From: Lytechinus pictus
Taxonomy: Eukaryota
Assembly (NCBI RefSeq): GCF_037042905.1
Contig: NC_087251.1
Span: 25,360,001-25,424,000 of the forward strand
Direction: 5' to 3'
Length of the DNA stretch: 64,000 nucleotides
Below, in pieces: positions 24,951 to 36,707 of the stretch. Within the stretch, counting starts at the first letter, position 1, and the number at the start of each line of letters is the position of its first letter. The notes under the pieces were generated by a model. The model had not been told where the DNA came from. It worked only from the letters and a program-made list of their open reading frames with translations, and made no database searches. The position numbers were made by a program, and so were the translations under genes.

Positions 24951-25259
24951 CAGTGGCGTACCTAGGATTTTCCACAGGGGGGGGGGGGCAAATCCGTCCG
25001 CCAAAAAATTTGACAAGCAAAAAAAAAAAAAGGTCTTCAACCACAAATAAAGGATCTCGTCCGCCAAAAAATTTGACAAGCAAAAAAAAAAAAAGAAGGT
25101 CTTCAACCACAAATAAAGGATTTCGTACCAGAAAAAAAATTTAACAAAAAAAAAAAAGGTCTTCAAGACTCGTCAGGGGGCAGGGATATGTCCCTTGCAT
25201 GGGTTGTGACTCGTCAGGGGGGCAGTCTGCCCTCTCTGCCCCCCGTAGGTACGCTACTG
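24951..25259. mobile_element. hAT-like MITE
   Basis: CAGTGGCGTACCTA...TAGGTACGCTACTG, 8-bp TSD TTTGTTTG/CTTGTTTG. Confidence 0.7.
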
Positions 25260-25359
25260 CTTGTTTGTATTCTGCCTCAAAAGTCATTCCACATTATAAT
25301 AATTTATAGCAGCAATGTCTCATAATTTCTAATAAATGAAACCTTCAAACGGACACAAT

Positions 25360-26740
25360 CAGTGGCATACCGTGCGTCACGGCATTGGGGGGGGGGGGGC
25401 ACCAGCAAAAAATTTGAGTCACTCTAGTGGGCGCGCGAAGCGCGCTAAATTGCCACTATACTGAGCTAATAGAGACATTTTAAGGACTGTCCCATTAACG
25501 GATATGTATCTCACGGATCAAGTAATGCGAGCACGAAGCGCGAGCTGAAAATTGTTGATACTCAGATCTAAAAAGGGACATTATAAGCAAATTTTTGTAA
25601 TCATGATACGTACCTGTCTCGCTCACCAAACAATGCGAGCACGAAGCACGAGCTGATTTTTTTTTTATATATTGACATTTTAAGGAATTCATTAAGAGTA
25701 TGCATATAGTCATTTAATGCGAGTGCCAAGCGCTTGCTGATTTTGTTAGAATTACATTTAAACACAGCATGAAGCAATTTTTGTAGTCATTGTAGTCATG
25801 ATTATTATACGCCTATTGCGAGCGCGAAGCGAGAACTGAAAATTTAGGAAATTCAGACCTGAAGAGGGGCATTCTAAGGCTTGTTTGTAGGAATTCACTA
25901 ATACGTACTTCACTAACCAAATGATGCGAGCGCCAAGCGCGAGCTGAAAATTTATGATATTCAGATCAGAAAGAGGAACATTTTAAGGACTGATTTTAGG
26001 AATTCATGAAGACAGACATATCTCACCAATCCACTAATGCGAACGTAAGCGCGGACTGGAAATGCTTTATATTCAGACCTTAAAAGGGGCAATCACTTTA
26101 AGTAGTCATGAAAAAGAAGCATATGCCACTACATAAAACAATAACAACTCGAAATGCAAGGAAATATATTTGGTGTATATTGACTAAAGAAAACCGGGAT
26201 GTTTGAGTACAACAGGAATACATATCTCGTTAATCAGACAATGCGAGCACCAGGAACGATGAACACATAGGTCCTGAGCAAATTATGTTTCATAAAGTTA
26301 TGAAAAAATATGTCTTATGTAATTTTGTATAATAATTTCTTTTTTACAATTACGTTTCTCTTCTTTTCTCTCTCTTTTTCTCCTTTCCCCCATTTTTTTT
26401 GCCAGCCGATTTGGGGTGGGGGGGGGGGACGGGGGCCGTGCCCCCCGTAGTTATGCCCAGGCGCGGATCCAGGGGGGGGGCACAGGGGGCACAAGGGCAT
26501 GTGCCCCCCTTTTAAAATTGAAGACCTTTATTTTTTTTTGCTTGTCCAATTTTTTCGGGGACCGTTATCCTTCATTAGTGGTTGAAAACCTTCTTTTTTT
26601 TTGCTTGTCAAATTTTTTCGGGTACGAAATATCCTTAATTTGTGGTTGAAAACCTTCTTTTTTTGGCTTGTCAAAATTTTCCTCTAAAAAATTTGCCCCC
26701 CTTTTGGAAAATCCTGGATCCGCCCCTGGTTACGCCACTG
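25360..26740. mobile_element. hAT-like MITE containing a nested MITE at 26458-26728
   Basis: CAGTGGC...GCCACTG with perfect 8-bp TSD GACACAAT; nested CAGGCGCGGATCCAGG...CCTGGATCCGCCCCTG with TSD GTTAYGCC. Confidence 0.75.
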
Positions 26741-27559
26741 GACACAATGATTGCAAATTCCACGTTTCAGGTCGGTATTGATAACTTTGGCTACGGGCCT
26801 GGGACTACCGGCCCCCTCCCCCTCCATCAAAAACTTTTCGAATGACCAATCAAGGAAAATGTGTATGATGTTTTTGATCGCCGTGTTCCATTTCCAACAT
26901 TGTAATTTTCATATTCCCTTAGATATCTAAACATTTTAACTTTGTTTAACGTCAAAATTATATTGTAAATTAATTGTCAATCAAATTTCCAGGTGCACAG
27001 TATATCCAAAATTCAGCCCCCTCAGATATTTGCCTCATTACGCTATTCAGTGTTGGAAGGGTTCTAGTCAAGTTCCCCCGCGCAAAATGTGTCAGCGTGG
27101 TAATCATAAATGAATTTTAGAGAGAGAGAGAGAGGAGAGTTTAATTCATGATGGAACGTTCTCATTCGATTTTATAAAGGAGAGGGAACTGTTTCGATTG
27201 AGAGAAAATAATGTAGCTGGGATCGAGTGTACAAAAACGAGGAGGAAGTATATGGAGGATACCCCCCCCCCTACGTGGGTTTTATTTCCATTTCATTTAT
27301 GCCAATTCGTCCAATTGCCAGCTCGTCTACGTCTACTATCATTTAGTCTACCATCAGTTCGTCCACTCACCACATGGTCTACTTTCATGAAGTCTAATGC
27401 CATTCCGTCTAATAACCAGTTGGTCCAATATCATTTGGTCTAATAAATTGTGCAAAATGAATAAAAATGACATGGATATTAGACCAGATGGTTATGAGAC
27501 GAAATGGTGATTAGACAAAGTGATGATTGGAAAAAAATGGCTAATGGACCAGATGGTTG

Positions 27560-28114
27560 TTAGAGAAAAATCAAACAAGCATAACACTGATGATTTCATC
27601 AAAATCGGATGTAAAATAAGAAAGTTATGACAAATTAAAGTTTCGCTTAATTTTACAAAACGGCTGTATGCACATCCTGATTGGTATGCAAATGAGGCTG
27701 ATGATATCATCCACTCACTATTTCTTTTGTATTTTATTATATGAAATATTAAATATTCTAATTTTCTCCTTATTGTCAAGTGAAACAACGATTAATTCCT
27801 CCCTGAACATGTGGAATTAATATTTGTTAATACTATGTTTTAGTCAAGTTAGTCCTTATTGTCAAATCTGTAAAAAAATGAAATATTGTATCATTCAAAC
27901 AATAAGAAACAAAAGAAATAGTGAGGGACATCATCGACTGTCTCATTTGCATGTCACTGGGTTGTGCATATCACTGTTTTGTAAAAATAACCAAAACTTT
28001 AAAATGTCATAACTTTCTTATTTTACATCCGATTTTGATGAAATTTTCAGTGCTATGCTAGTTTTATTTTCTCTATTTATTCATATCAACATTTTTCTGG
28101 GGTGGACTTGACCA
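27560..28114. mobile_element. Kolobok-like MITE, left-truncated
   Basis: Family arms as in 61551-62315; right end GGGGTGGACTTGACCA|TTAA. Confidence 0.65.
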
Positions 28115-30362
28115 TTAAGCTTTCTTATGATAAATGACTTGCTAGCGACAAACATACTATATAAATTCTACCCCCAAATCATCACACTCCCCCTCCTGTC
28201 TTATTTCTTTGTCTTTCTTTCTGACTCTCTCTCTGTCTCGCTCCTATTTTTTCTTCCTCTATAGTATAATCTCTCTTTCTTCTTCTCTGTCAAACATTCT
28301 CTCTCTCATCTCTCCCATTTCCCCTGCTTCTTCATTTCTCTTCATAAACCGAACTCCTTCGTTATTTACTCTCTCTTTGCGTCCCTTCTCCCGCCACTTC
28401 TACTCTAATAGTCTTGTCGCACATAACATAATTTTGGATATCTTTCAAGAACGAAGTCCGTTAGTGCTGCCGTTGACAATCCAGGCATTATCAGGCATCG
28501 CAATGCCAATATGAATATTTTCATAATAAATAAATTGTTCAATATTACTCAGATTAGTAAATGAGTATTGATCAGGAATGAATCTCACTATACATTATGG
28601 GATTATTGAACATAAAGAATTTAATCTGTTAGTTTAAAAGAACTTATATTTTGTAACTTCATTCAGTCCCATATTTACATAATTATACATTTTTATATAG
28701 AAAGTGCATGCATGTGTACGGTGTAAGTCTAATGATGCTCAAACATTTAAAAGACAAAGGACAGAATTTTATTGAAATATCTGGGGAAAACCCCAACGAC
28801 TTGACTGAATGTTCATATCAACTAATATTCGTTCATTGGTAGATTGAAAAAAATCAAGCGCGTACTGCTATGTCAGATTGTGCTTGCATAGGTTTTGCAA
28901 GCAATTCTAGCGCATGTGCAATAATAATGCGAAATGACTTTTATCCCTCTTTTTATGTCCCCGTTTCTCTTTCCCTCTCTCTCTTTTCAGTATTCCCCTC
29001 TCTTACTGCACCTTTCTGCAATGACAACGAAATCTAAAAGAAATTCAATTATATTTTTTCACAGTGACCATTTATATATTTTTTATTTCACATATTCACA
29101 AAGGAAACTATAAAGAAGAATGGAATATATAAGTCGCAATATTAGAATAAGATTTGATTAAAGATTGACATAAGTTAATATAATCATGAAGTTTGCAGTT
29201 TTTACAAACCATACAAATAAAGTTCCAAATTTCAAGCAACAGTGGTATTTGATTAATATCAACGTTTAGTGTTTGATAGCTAATATGAAATTCTAATAAA
29301 ATATGTGTAACTTGAAACAATAAAAACTTTTACTTCATTCAGCTGAAATTAGATATGAAGTGCACTGTTTTAACCTATAGACAAAAAAAGAAAACAGAAA
29401 AGGATTATCTTTAATCTACCAAAACAAAAAACGGCAAACACACTTAGTTAAAAAATGATACCAGCATTGAACCTTGTTTCTAAAGTATCTTCAGACAGGA
29501 ATCCATTCGATGTTCAATGACAAAAAATGTAAACCGAGTTGAAAGTGAATAATAAAAATAAACAGACTCGACAGCACCCAGATAAGAAGGGTAAAATGAA
29601 CCAAACATTATGTTTAATTTGATTTCTTAAAGAAAAAGTTTGGGCTCTGGAAAGTTATATGAGCATTTTATATTGTTTCCATATCCTCCCTTCTTCCTTC
29701 TCTCTCCTTCTTTTCCGTCCTCCTATTTTCTTCATCACTTGAAGAAAAAAAAGGTGCTCGCCCCTGCCCTCCGTAACTCCAACATTTCGAATGCCAAATA
29801 TATTAGGCAGAATCCCTTGAGTGAAACGAAAACAGGTTCCGTATGAACATGGTTTTTTTCTTCTTCAAAACGTTTTTTTTTCTTCTTATTCATAAATTTT
29901 GCTTGGCATTTTGTGCGCAGACTGCCCTGTTTTTTGATCCACTGAAAGTGCTATATATTAATGTGCTCTCTATATATAGTTTAAATCATTGGAAAATAAA
30001 ACAATTACTAGTATTTTACTGCCAGACTGATTTCATAAAAGAGAGAGAAATAACAAATTTCTGTAATATAATCCGTTTGAAAAATGAAAGTTATTTTCTC
30101 ATCATTTGGAAGTTTCACGGAGTATGATAATACCAACACCATTTCAATGACATCAAAGTTTTTATTTCCTATCTATCTTGTCTATTGATAAAGGTGTTTG
30201 CAAAATCGTCACCTTAAAACGATGTTGGTTTGCTTATCGACATGGATGTTACGAATGCTTTAAACAACTTTACAAAACGGCGAATTTACAGGAATTAAGG
30301 CAATTCTATGCTGATGCAAAAGTATTTGGTTGAATAGCTTTAGGAGTTTGTCTGGTAAGAAT

Positions 30363-30535
30363 TTATTGTGGAATGAGATCGTCGATTGATTCGCCTTTCT
30401 GGAGGCGTTTCTCCATGTCGATGATGAGCTTGACTCCGTCGATGACGCGGTTGACTTGTTCTACTTCAGATGAACCCAAACGATCAAGGTTAGAGACATC
30501 GTATACACCTCCAACAGCTTCGGTCAACTCTCCAG
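30363..30535 (-). CDS. AK: Arginine kinase coding exon 7 (terminal)
   Basis: [21 protein letters not shown]...DDLIPQ, stop TAA at 30365-30363. Confidence 0.9.
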
Positions 30536-31513
30536 CTATAATGATTTGAAAAAAAAAAGAAAAGTGAAGCAACTTCAGTGTGATGCCTTCTTATTACCGG
30601 TATTGAATATTATGTTGATGAATGATTCATTTCTGTATATAAATATTAAACAAAAACGTAATCGGTGAATTGAATCAATATCTGATAAATAATGTTTTAT
30701 TACGTCCATTGGTATCCCCTTGTAGTTACATGCGAACCAAAGATTGGTTGAAATTTTGAACTAACATTCGCAGTCGGACGAAATTTATATTACTTTATTG
30801 CAAATTATATATGACGAAGATGTATCCAAACAACATCATGTTCACGCCCCCTTTCGTAGTGGCATTCATTATTAAAAAAGAAATCACACACGTTTCCACT
30901 GATTACTGAATAGGAACATGACGAATTGAGGAGATACAAATAGTAGAGAAAGTCTGGCACTGGATTCGTCAATCGTTACTACCTTATAAGTGAAATAATA
31001 TGAAGCGAGTTATGCATAACGTTTTGTCTCAAAACAAACCCTCTATTCAGCCCAGTCCTCTATATTTACCTCTCCTCCCCCAAATCGATCCACCAATACT
31101 TACATGTTCCACGTTCCTGGAGCCTTAGCTTCTTGCAGATCTCCTTGAGCTTGGCTTCCTTGTCAATGGCGGCCAACAGGGGGATTTTGACGTGCACACT
31201 GCAGCGGACACCAGTACCGAGATTGCTTGGACAGGTAAGAATGAAACCAAGATGCTCACTCCACATGAACTCGGAACCATTCTGCTTGATGTAGTCCTCC
31301 ACCTGTTGATGAATTTAAAAAATGCAGAATACTTTAATGTATTGTTCCATATTCATTATCGCCTTTATCACTGTCGATAAGCGATATGCTTTTGTTAGCA
31401 TTTCTACCATCATCATCATCACCATCAACATCATCATGATCATGATCATCATCATCATCTTCATCATCATCACCACCATCATCATCATCATCACCACCAC
31501 CACCACCACCACC

Positions 31514-31548
<35 letters not shown>

Positions 31549-31576
31549 GATCAACATGATCATGATCATCATCATG

Positions 31577-31614
<38 letters not shown>

Positions 31615-31667
31615 ATTCATCATCATGATCATCACCATCATCATGATCATGATCATGGTGTTGATGT

Positions 31668-31704
<37 letters not shown>

Positions 31705-34700
31705 CATGATCATGATGGTGATGGTGTTGATGATGATCATGATGATGATGATGATGATGATGATAATGATGATGGTCATGATCATGATGGTGATGGTGTT
31801 GTTGATGATGATCATGATGATCATGATCATCATCATGATGGTGTTGTTGATGATGATGATGATGATCATGATGGTGTTGTTGTTGATGATGATGATGATG
31901 ATCATCATCAGATCATCATCATCATCATGATCATGATCATGATCATCATCATCATCATGATCATGATCATGATCCTCATCATCATCATCTTCATCACCAT
32001 CACTACCACCACCACTACTATCATTATCGTCCAACACCAGACACCACCGTCACACCATCCTTTCCACCACCATAATTATCTTCGTTACCGTCGTCATCAT
32101 CACTCTTGGGAACATAAATGCAATTTAGATATTATAAATGAATAAAGCAAAGAATTTCTTTCCCGACCGATGACTCACCTTCTTAAGACCATCAGCCCAT
32201 CGAGTGAAGACCTTCTTCATATCCCCTCCTTTCTCCATGGAGATGATTCTGGTATGATCTTCTTCACCAACCCACACAAGGAAATTCTTCTGCTCATTGT
32301 GCCTAAATCAAACAAAAAACATATCGAAACGATTATATGCCTATCATCATTTCTATTTATTTTGTTCAATTTATTTGAAGTAAATATGTCTTTAGCTACA
32401 ATAGGCCTACATGTTGATGCATCCCGGTGTGGTCACTTTTTACTCGAAGGTGCGACTATGTTTTGATTTTGAACTGATTTATCTATTTTTCTTCTGCATA
32501 ACAATATGATAAAAATATAACAATAACATAAATATCACAAATATATTTTGACAATCAGGCATATATCATTGAACATAAAATCAGTATACTTGCTATAATA
32601 TATAATCAAGAAAAACAATGATGGTTTGTCCCACAACCCATAAATCTCAGCGTTGTTTTACATTTTCATCCATTTTTACGTGGAAAGCTTTAAATAATTC
32701 GGCACCAATTTCACCAGCTTGTAGCCCGAGATTCCAGCATCTTGTAAAGATCATTAAAACACGATTATGGTAAATGGACTTTTTCTTTGATTTACCATTC
32801 AATTTAAACTAAAGTATAATCCATATGTTAAAACTTCTTGATACATCGACACTCTTCCAAAGTCTTATGCTATCTTTTTTTGTCTAGTGCGCCTGGGAGT
32901 AAACTATTTCTTGACTTAAACGAAAAAGGATAATGTAATTTTAATTCAAAAGACAAAAAATAACAGCGAAAAAATTGTTTCATATTATTCATATAATTTC
33001 CAGTCCCCTGACCAAAAACCTCCTTAATTTGACTTTATATAGAAGATAATATCGATCGTAATATAAATACACATAATCTTGATTTTTATATGGATAAGAT
33101 TTTACAAAAGAACATTCTATGATTTAATAGCCAAAGTCTTAAAGTGTATTCTGTTCGATGTACCATATTCCTTTAATCATACTAACCATATTCCACGGCC
33201 GTCGGGGAAGTCACGTGCCATACCACCAGATGTGAAATGGCGGGAAATTGGTTTTTCAAAAAGGAAATGGTCATCAATAAGCTGTTTCTGGTCGGCTTCA
33301 GACAGAGAAGGTAGAGCATAGTACTTGCCCTTCAGGTCTCCGGTAAGGGATCCCAAAGCTTTAAATGTAAACAAACAAAAATGAAAATGCATTATGTGAT
33401 TAAATGAACAGAACGTTTCCAATGACTTGTCGAATTATGCAAAAGTAATTACTAATCCTTTTATATTATATTCATGTATAACGAAATAAAATGCATCAAT
33501 TTCCTTGACTTCGAAGCAAACACTTGTGCGTTGTATGTATCTGCCAAGTGTGCACTAATTACAATTTTGTCCTTACAAATATGATAATAGTATAGTAAAT
33601 AAACACATATTATGTAGAAAAAGGAGGTTTTGTAGAAACATGAAATATATTGAAATGAAGTAAAGATCCCTAACAACCAATCACCTAACCAACCAATGAA
33701 ATTTATAAGTCTGGAGTTGGTCTCATGTGTGAGAGACAGCATCTTTGGTGTCGAAGGGCCTTATTATACCGACAATTAGGAAGGCTATTTCGCTGTCTTT
33801 GTATTTTGTCCTCAGAGCTTTGGTCCCTGTAATTAAGGACGATGTGAGGACGGGAGAAAATGACGTCAAATTATGCAATCACTTTCTACTCAACATCCGT
33901 GGTTTCGTAAGTTCTGTATCAACTATAATTTATTTATTTATTTGTTTGTTTATTTATTTACTTATTTATTTGTATTTATTTTTATTATTCATTTATTTTA
34001 TTTATTTATTATTATTATTATTTTTTTTTTTTGGGGGGGTGTCTTTCTCCATCCCACTCATGCCTGGAACAATGTCATTGAACCAACCAAGAATAAAAGT
34101 GGTGAAAGGGATAACATATACCAGGATTTTAAAGGTTCACTTTATTGATATCGAAGTTATTAGACTTACCGGAAGACACAAGCTTCTCCACCTTTCTTCT
34201 TTCAGAGCGGCAGATCCAGGGGCTGAGACAGAACCCTTTAAGGTTACGACCAGTACGGATCCTGGAACTAATGACAAAGTCCTCGTCTAAGACGTCATCC
34301 TTGATCTTGCTCACATCCAGATCGGTCACGTGGTTCTCTGTGGGAGCGAAACAGAAAGTTTTGAATCAGGTGTTCCCGTTTCTGCTACTGGAGGTGATAC
34401 GTGGTGGTGATGGAAGTGGTGATGATGATGAATAGCGCGGTGCATGTCTGATTTTAAGTTCTGATAATCAAGTTAAAATAAGATAATCTGCTCTTTTTTA
34501 TTACGGAAGATTTTAAGTGCCATCATTCGACTTTTCGAGATGGTACGTTATCTCGCCAAGTCGAAAACGTTGTATATCTACACGGCGAGATGATCTCGCC
34601 AAGTCGACTTATGAAACGTTGCATGTCAACATGACAAAGATACGAAAATAGTTAACGGGGAAAAAATTGAATCAGAAATCAAAATTCTGATAATATACCC

Positions 34701-35764
34701 GTAAATATAGGGAAAACAAGCTTAAAAAACGTAATCACACCGTTTGTCTAAATGTCGTCTTTTTCTATTTTCATTCCAAGGACAATTATCTTTACAAAAC
34801 ACAAAAAGACCACTTTCCGTTTTAATAATACAGAATGAAACGGGTCATACCATAGTTCGTTCAGTGTTCTGTTTGTCGGTTTCTTGAATTGGAAGCGAAA
34901 GAAACTAAATGATTTATCAATAGTGTATTGATTGATATTATACCAATCATTGGTTTGGGATGACTTACGATCCTTTGAGAATCCATTGTGGTAGTCAGAA
35001 ATACAAGGGTCCAACAGTTCGGCAAACTTGGTGTAGGTCTCTTCGTCCCCAGCCAGGATACCAAGAGTAAAATCTACAATGATTGAAACAATCACACAAG
35101 AAAGGAAATGTCAAACATTACTCATTAAATATTACAAAAAATAATTATTCACGGCAGTGCAGCATTTATAAAAATTTAAACGCTTTATAATCAGATTTTC
35201 CTTCAACTGGAATATAGGTTTGGAAGTAACCTGGGAGCGTTTCATGAAAGGACTTGTCAGACGTTTGTCAATGCTAGGAACTGTGCTTCTCAGCCAATCA
35301 AAATCCAGAAAAATTGTCATATCTGACAACTTGACGGATGAAAATGTTGATGAAACGAGCTCCCCAGATTGAATATTGGAAAACATTAGAAGCGCGTAAA
35401 AACATTTGGGGCCTGCACCCTGTGGTGTTATATAGCTTTGAAGAAAAAGAGGATCCTTTATTGGGCGCCTCCTCCAGTCAATCATCATTATCATTGTCCA
35501 CCGCCAGATGTGGACGCTATAAAATGACATTTCCTTCAAATTTTATTAATCATAAAATAACTTTATATATATATATATATACATACCTGGGTTATCAACA
35601 CCGTTCTGGATACAGTTATCAATAGTGAATCCACTTGAGGTATGCTCGTCCCTCAATTTCTTATACAGCTCCTTGGTGAGATTCTTTGCCATGAAGGTTC
35701 GGTTCCCTTCCATGATAGGGTAATCTTCATCGGTATCGTAATTCTTCTTGTTCAGGTTGGCCAT
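30363..35764 (-). CDS. AK: Echinoderm-type arginine kinase (phosphagen kinase, CK lineage); 7 coding exons: 35764-35587, 35073-34969, 34337-34170, 33358-33187, 32302-32179, 31302-31104, 30535-30363; 372 aa
   Basis: All six introns are GT-AG and phases are consistent (178+105+168+172+124+199+173=1119 nt). The spliced protein has [57 protein letters not shown] and [10 protein letters not shown]. The N-terminus MANLN, the short GS loop and Tyr in DYHNG match echinoderm AK as I recall it. Confidence 0.93.
31104..31302 (-). CDS. AK: Arginine kinase coding exon 6
   Basis: VEDYIK...[15 protein letters not shown]...RLQERGT, flanked by CAG and GTAAGT. Confidence 0.9.
31407..32065. repeat. (CAT)n/(ATG)n compound microsatellite in the AK intron between coding exons 5 and 6
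   Basis: Trinucleotide repeat with strand switches near 31650 and 31900. Confidence 0.95.
32179..32302 (-). CDS. AK: Arginine kinase coding exon 5 (absent from the ORF track)
   Basis: Manual translation [41 protein letters not shown], flanked by TAG and GTGAGT. Confidence 0.9.
33187..33358 (-). CDS. AK: Arginine kinase coding exon 4
   Basis: [14 protein letters not shown]...[11 protein letters not shown], flanked by AAG and GTTAGT. Confidence 0.9.
34170..34337 (-). CDS. AK: Arginine kinase coding exon 3
   Basis: QNHVTDLD...SSRIRTGRN...LVSS, flanked by CAG and GTAAGT. Confidence 0.9.
34969..35073 (-). CDS. AK: Arginine kinase coding exon 2
   Basis: [14 protein letters not shown]...DYHNGFSKD, flanked by AG and GTAAGT. 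Confidence 0.9.
35231..35367. mobile_element. Short MITE in AK intron (same family as ~61996-62160)
   Basis: GGGAGCGTTTCATGAAAGGACTTGTC...GTTGATGAAACGAGCTCCCC. Confidence 0.6.
35587..35764 (-). CDS. AK: Arginine kinase coding exon 1
   Basis: ATG at 35764, MANLNKKNY...GVDNP; donor GTATGT at 35586-35581; polypyrimidine+AG acceptor at 35791-35790 just upstream. Confidence 0.9.
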
Positions 35765-36172
35765 GTTGATACCCTGTATTACTCGCTTCCTAAGGTAAGA
35801 AAAATAGAAGCAGATTCAAGAAGTTGGTTAAAGAGTCGTTCAATATGTTGAGATTTAATTAAGGGGTGTCTTTTTCGAAATATGTAGATGGACCGAATAA
35901 CGTAACCGATTTCTTGGAGGACAATTTTTTTTTAATAGCCACATACGGCATTTTCTTTATTCATTTCATGTAACTTATTGTTTTTGTAAAGCGCTCAGTG
36001 TGTCTTGGTAGACACACGTCTTTATCTTACCCCCTTTTCATCATAATTTATAGTCCTGAATAATCATGACAGGTTACCTAAAGTGACAAAAGTTTGTCAT
36101 AGTCATAGCAAGCTTCATCGCTTTCTGTCCCGAAAAATGGGATTATTTTTTTTTCAATTCAATTGAGGTTGA

Positions 36173-36707
36173 AGCTAGAATCAAATGGGAACAGCAGCGA
36201 ATTCATCCGAATACACGTATTCAGGGTGGTTTCGGGAGTATTATGTTCTCCCTCCGCGAATGCGAGAAAATTCGGGAGAAATTCGGGAACATTCGCGGAG
36301 GAAAACCAGCCGAATATCTTCCAAAATACTCCTGAATGTGACAACAAATGTCATTAGGGCCACATTTGGGATGTATACCCGATGATAGGTTGGATTAGGG
36401 GAGGCATTCGGGGTATTCTGGGCAGATTCGGACCTATTCGCATCATCCGGAGAGTAACGCTCCGAGCTCGGCGCATTCGGCCATATTCGCTCCGATTCGG
36501 TCGTCATTCGGCTCTAATCGGAGCAATCGGGCCACATTCGGCTCGATTCTTGCCACTATTCGGGACCCATTCGTCTCTATTCGGGGAGCTCCCCGAATCA
36601 GAGACAGAGGTTCCGAAACCACCGAATCCATCCGAATCAGACCACATTCAAACAGAGTCGGTCAGAAGTTATATTCGGAATGATTCGGTTTTGGTGTAAA
36701 TCTAGCT
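36173..36707. mobile_element. GC-richer degenerate MITE rich in ATTCGG/CCGAAT motifs
   Basis: AGCTAGA...TCTAGCT ends; dense ATTCGG repeats. Confidence 0.45.

Noticed and set aside
31315..32145. Poly-Ile/Met/Asp ORFs
   Set aside because: Microsatellite within an AK intron.
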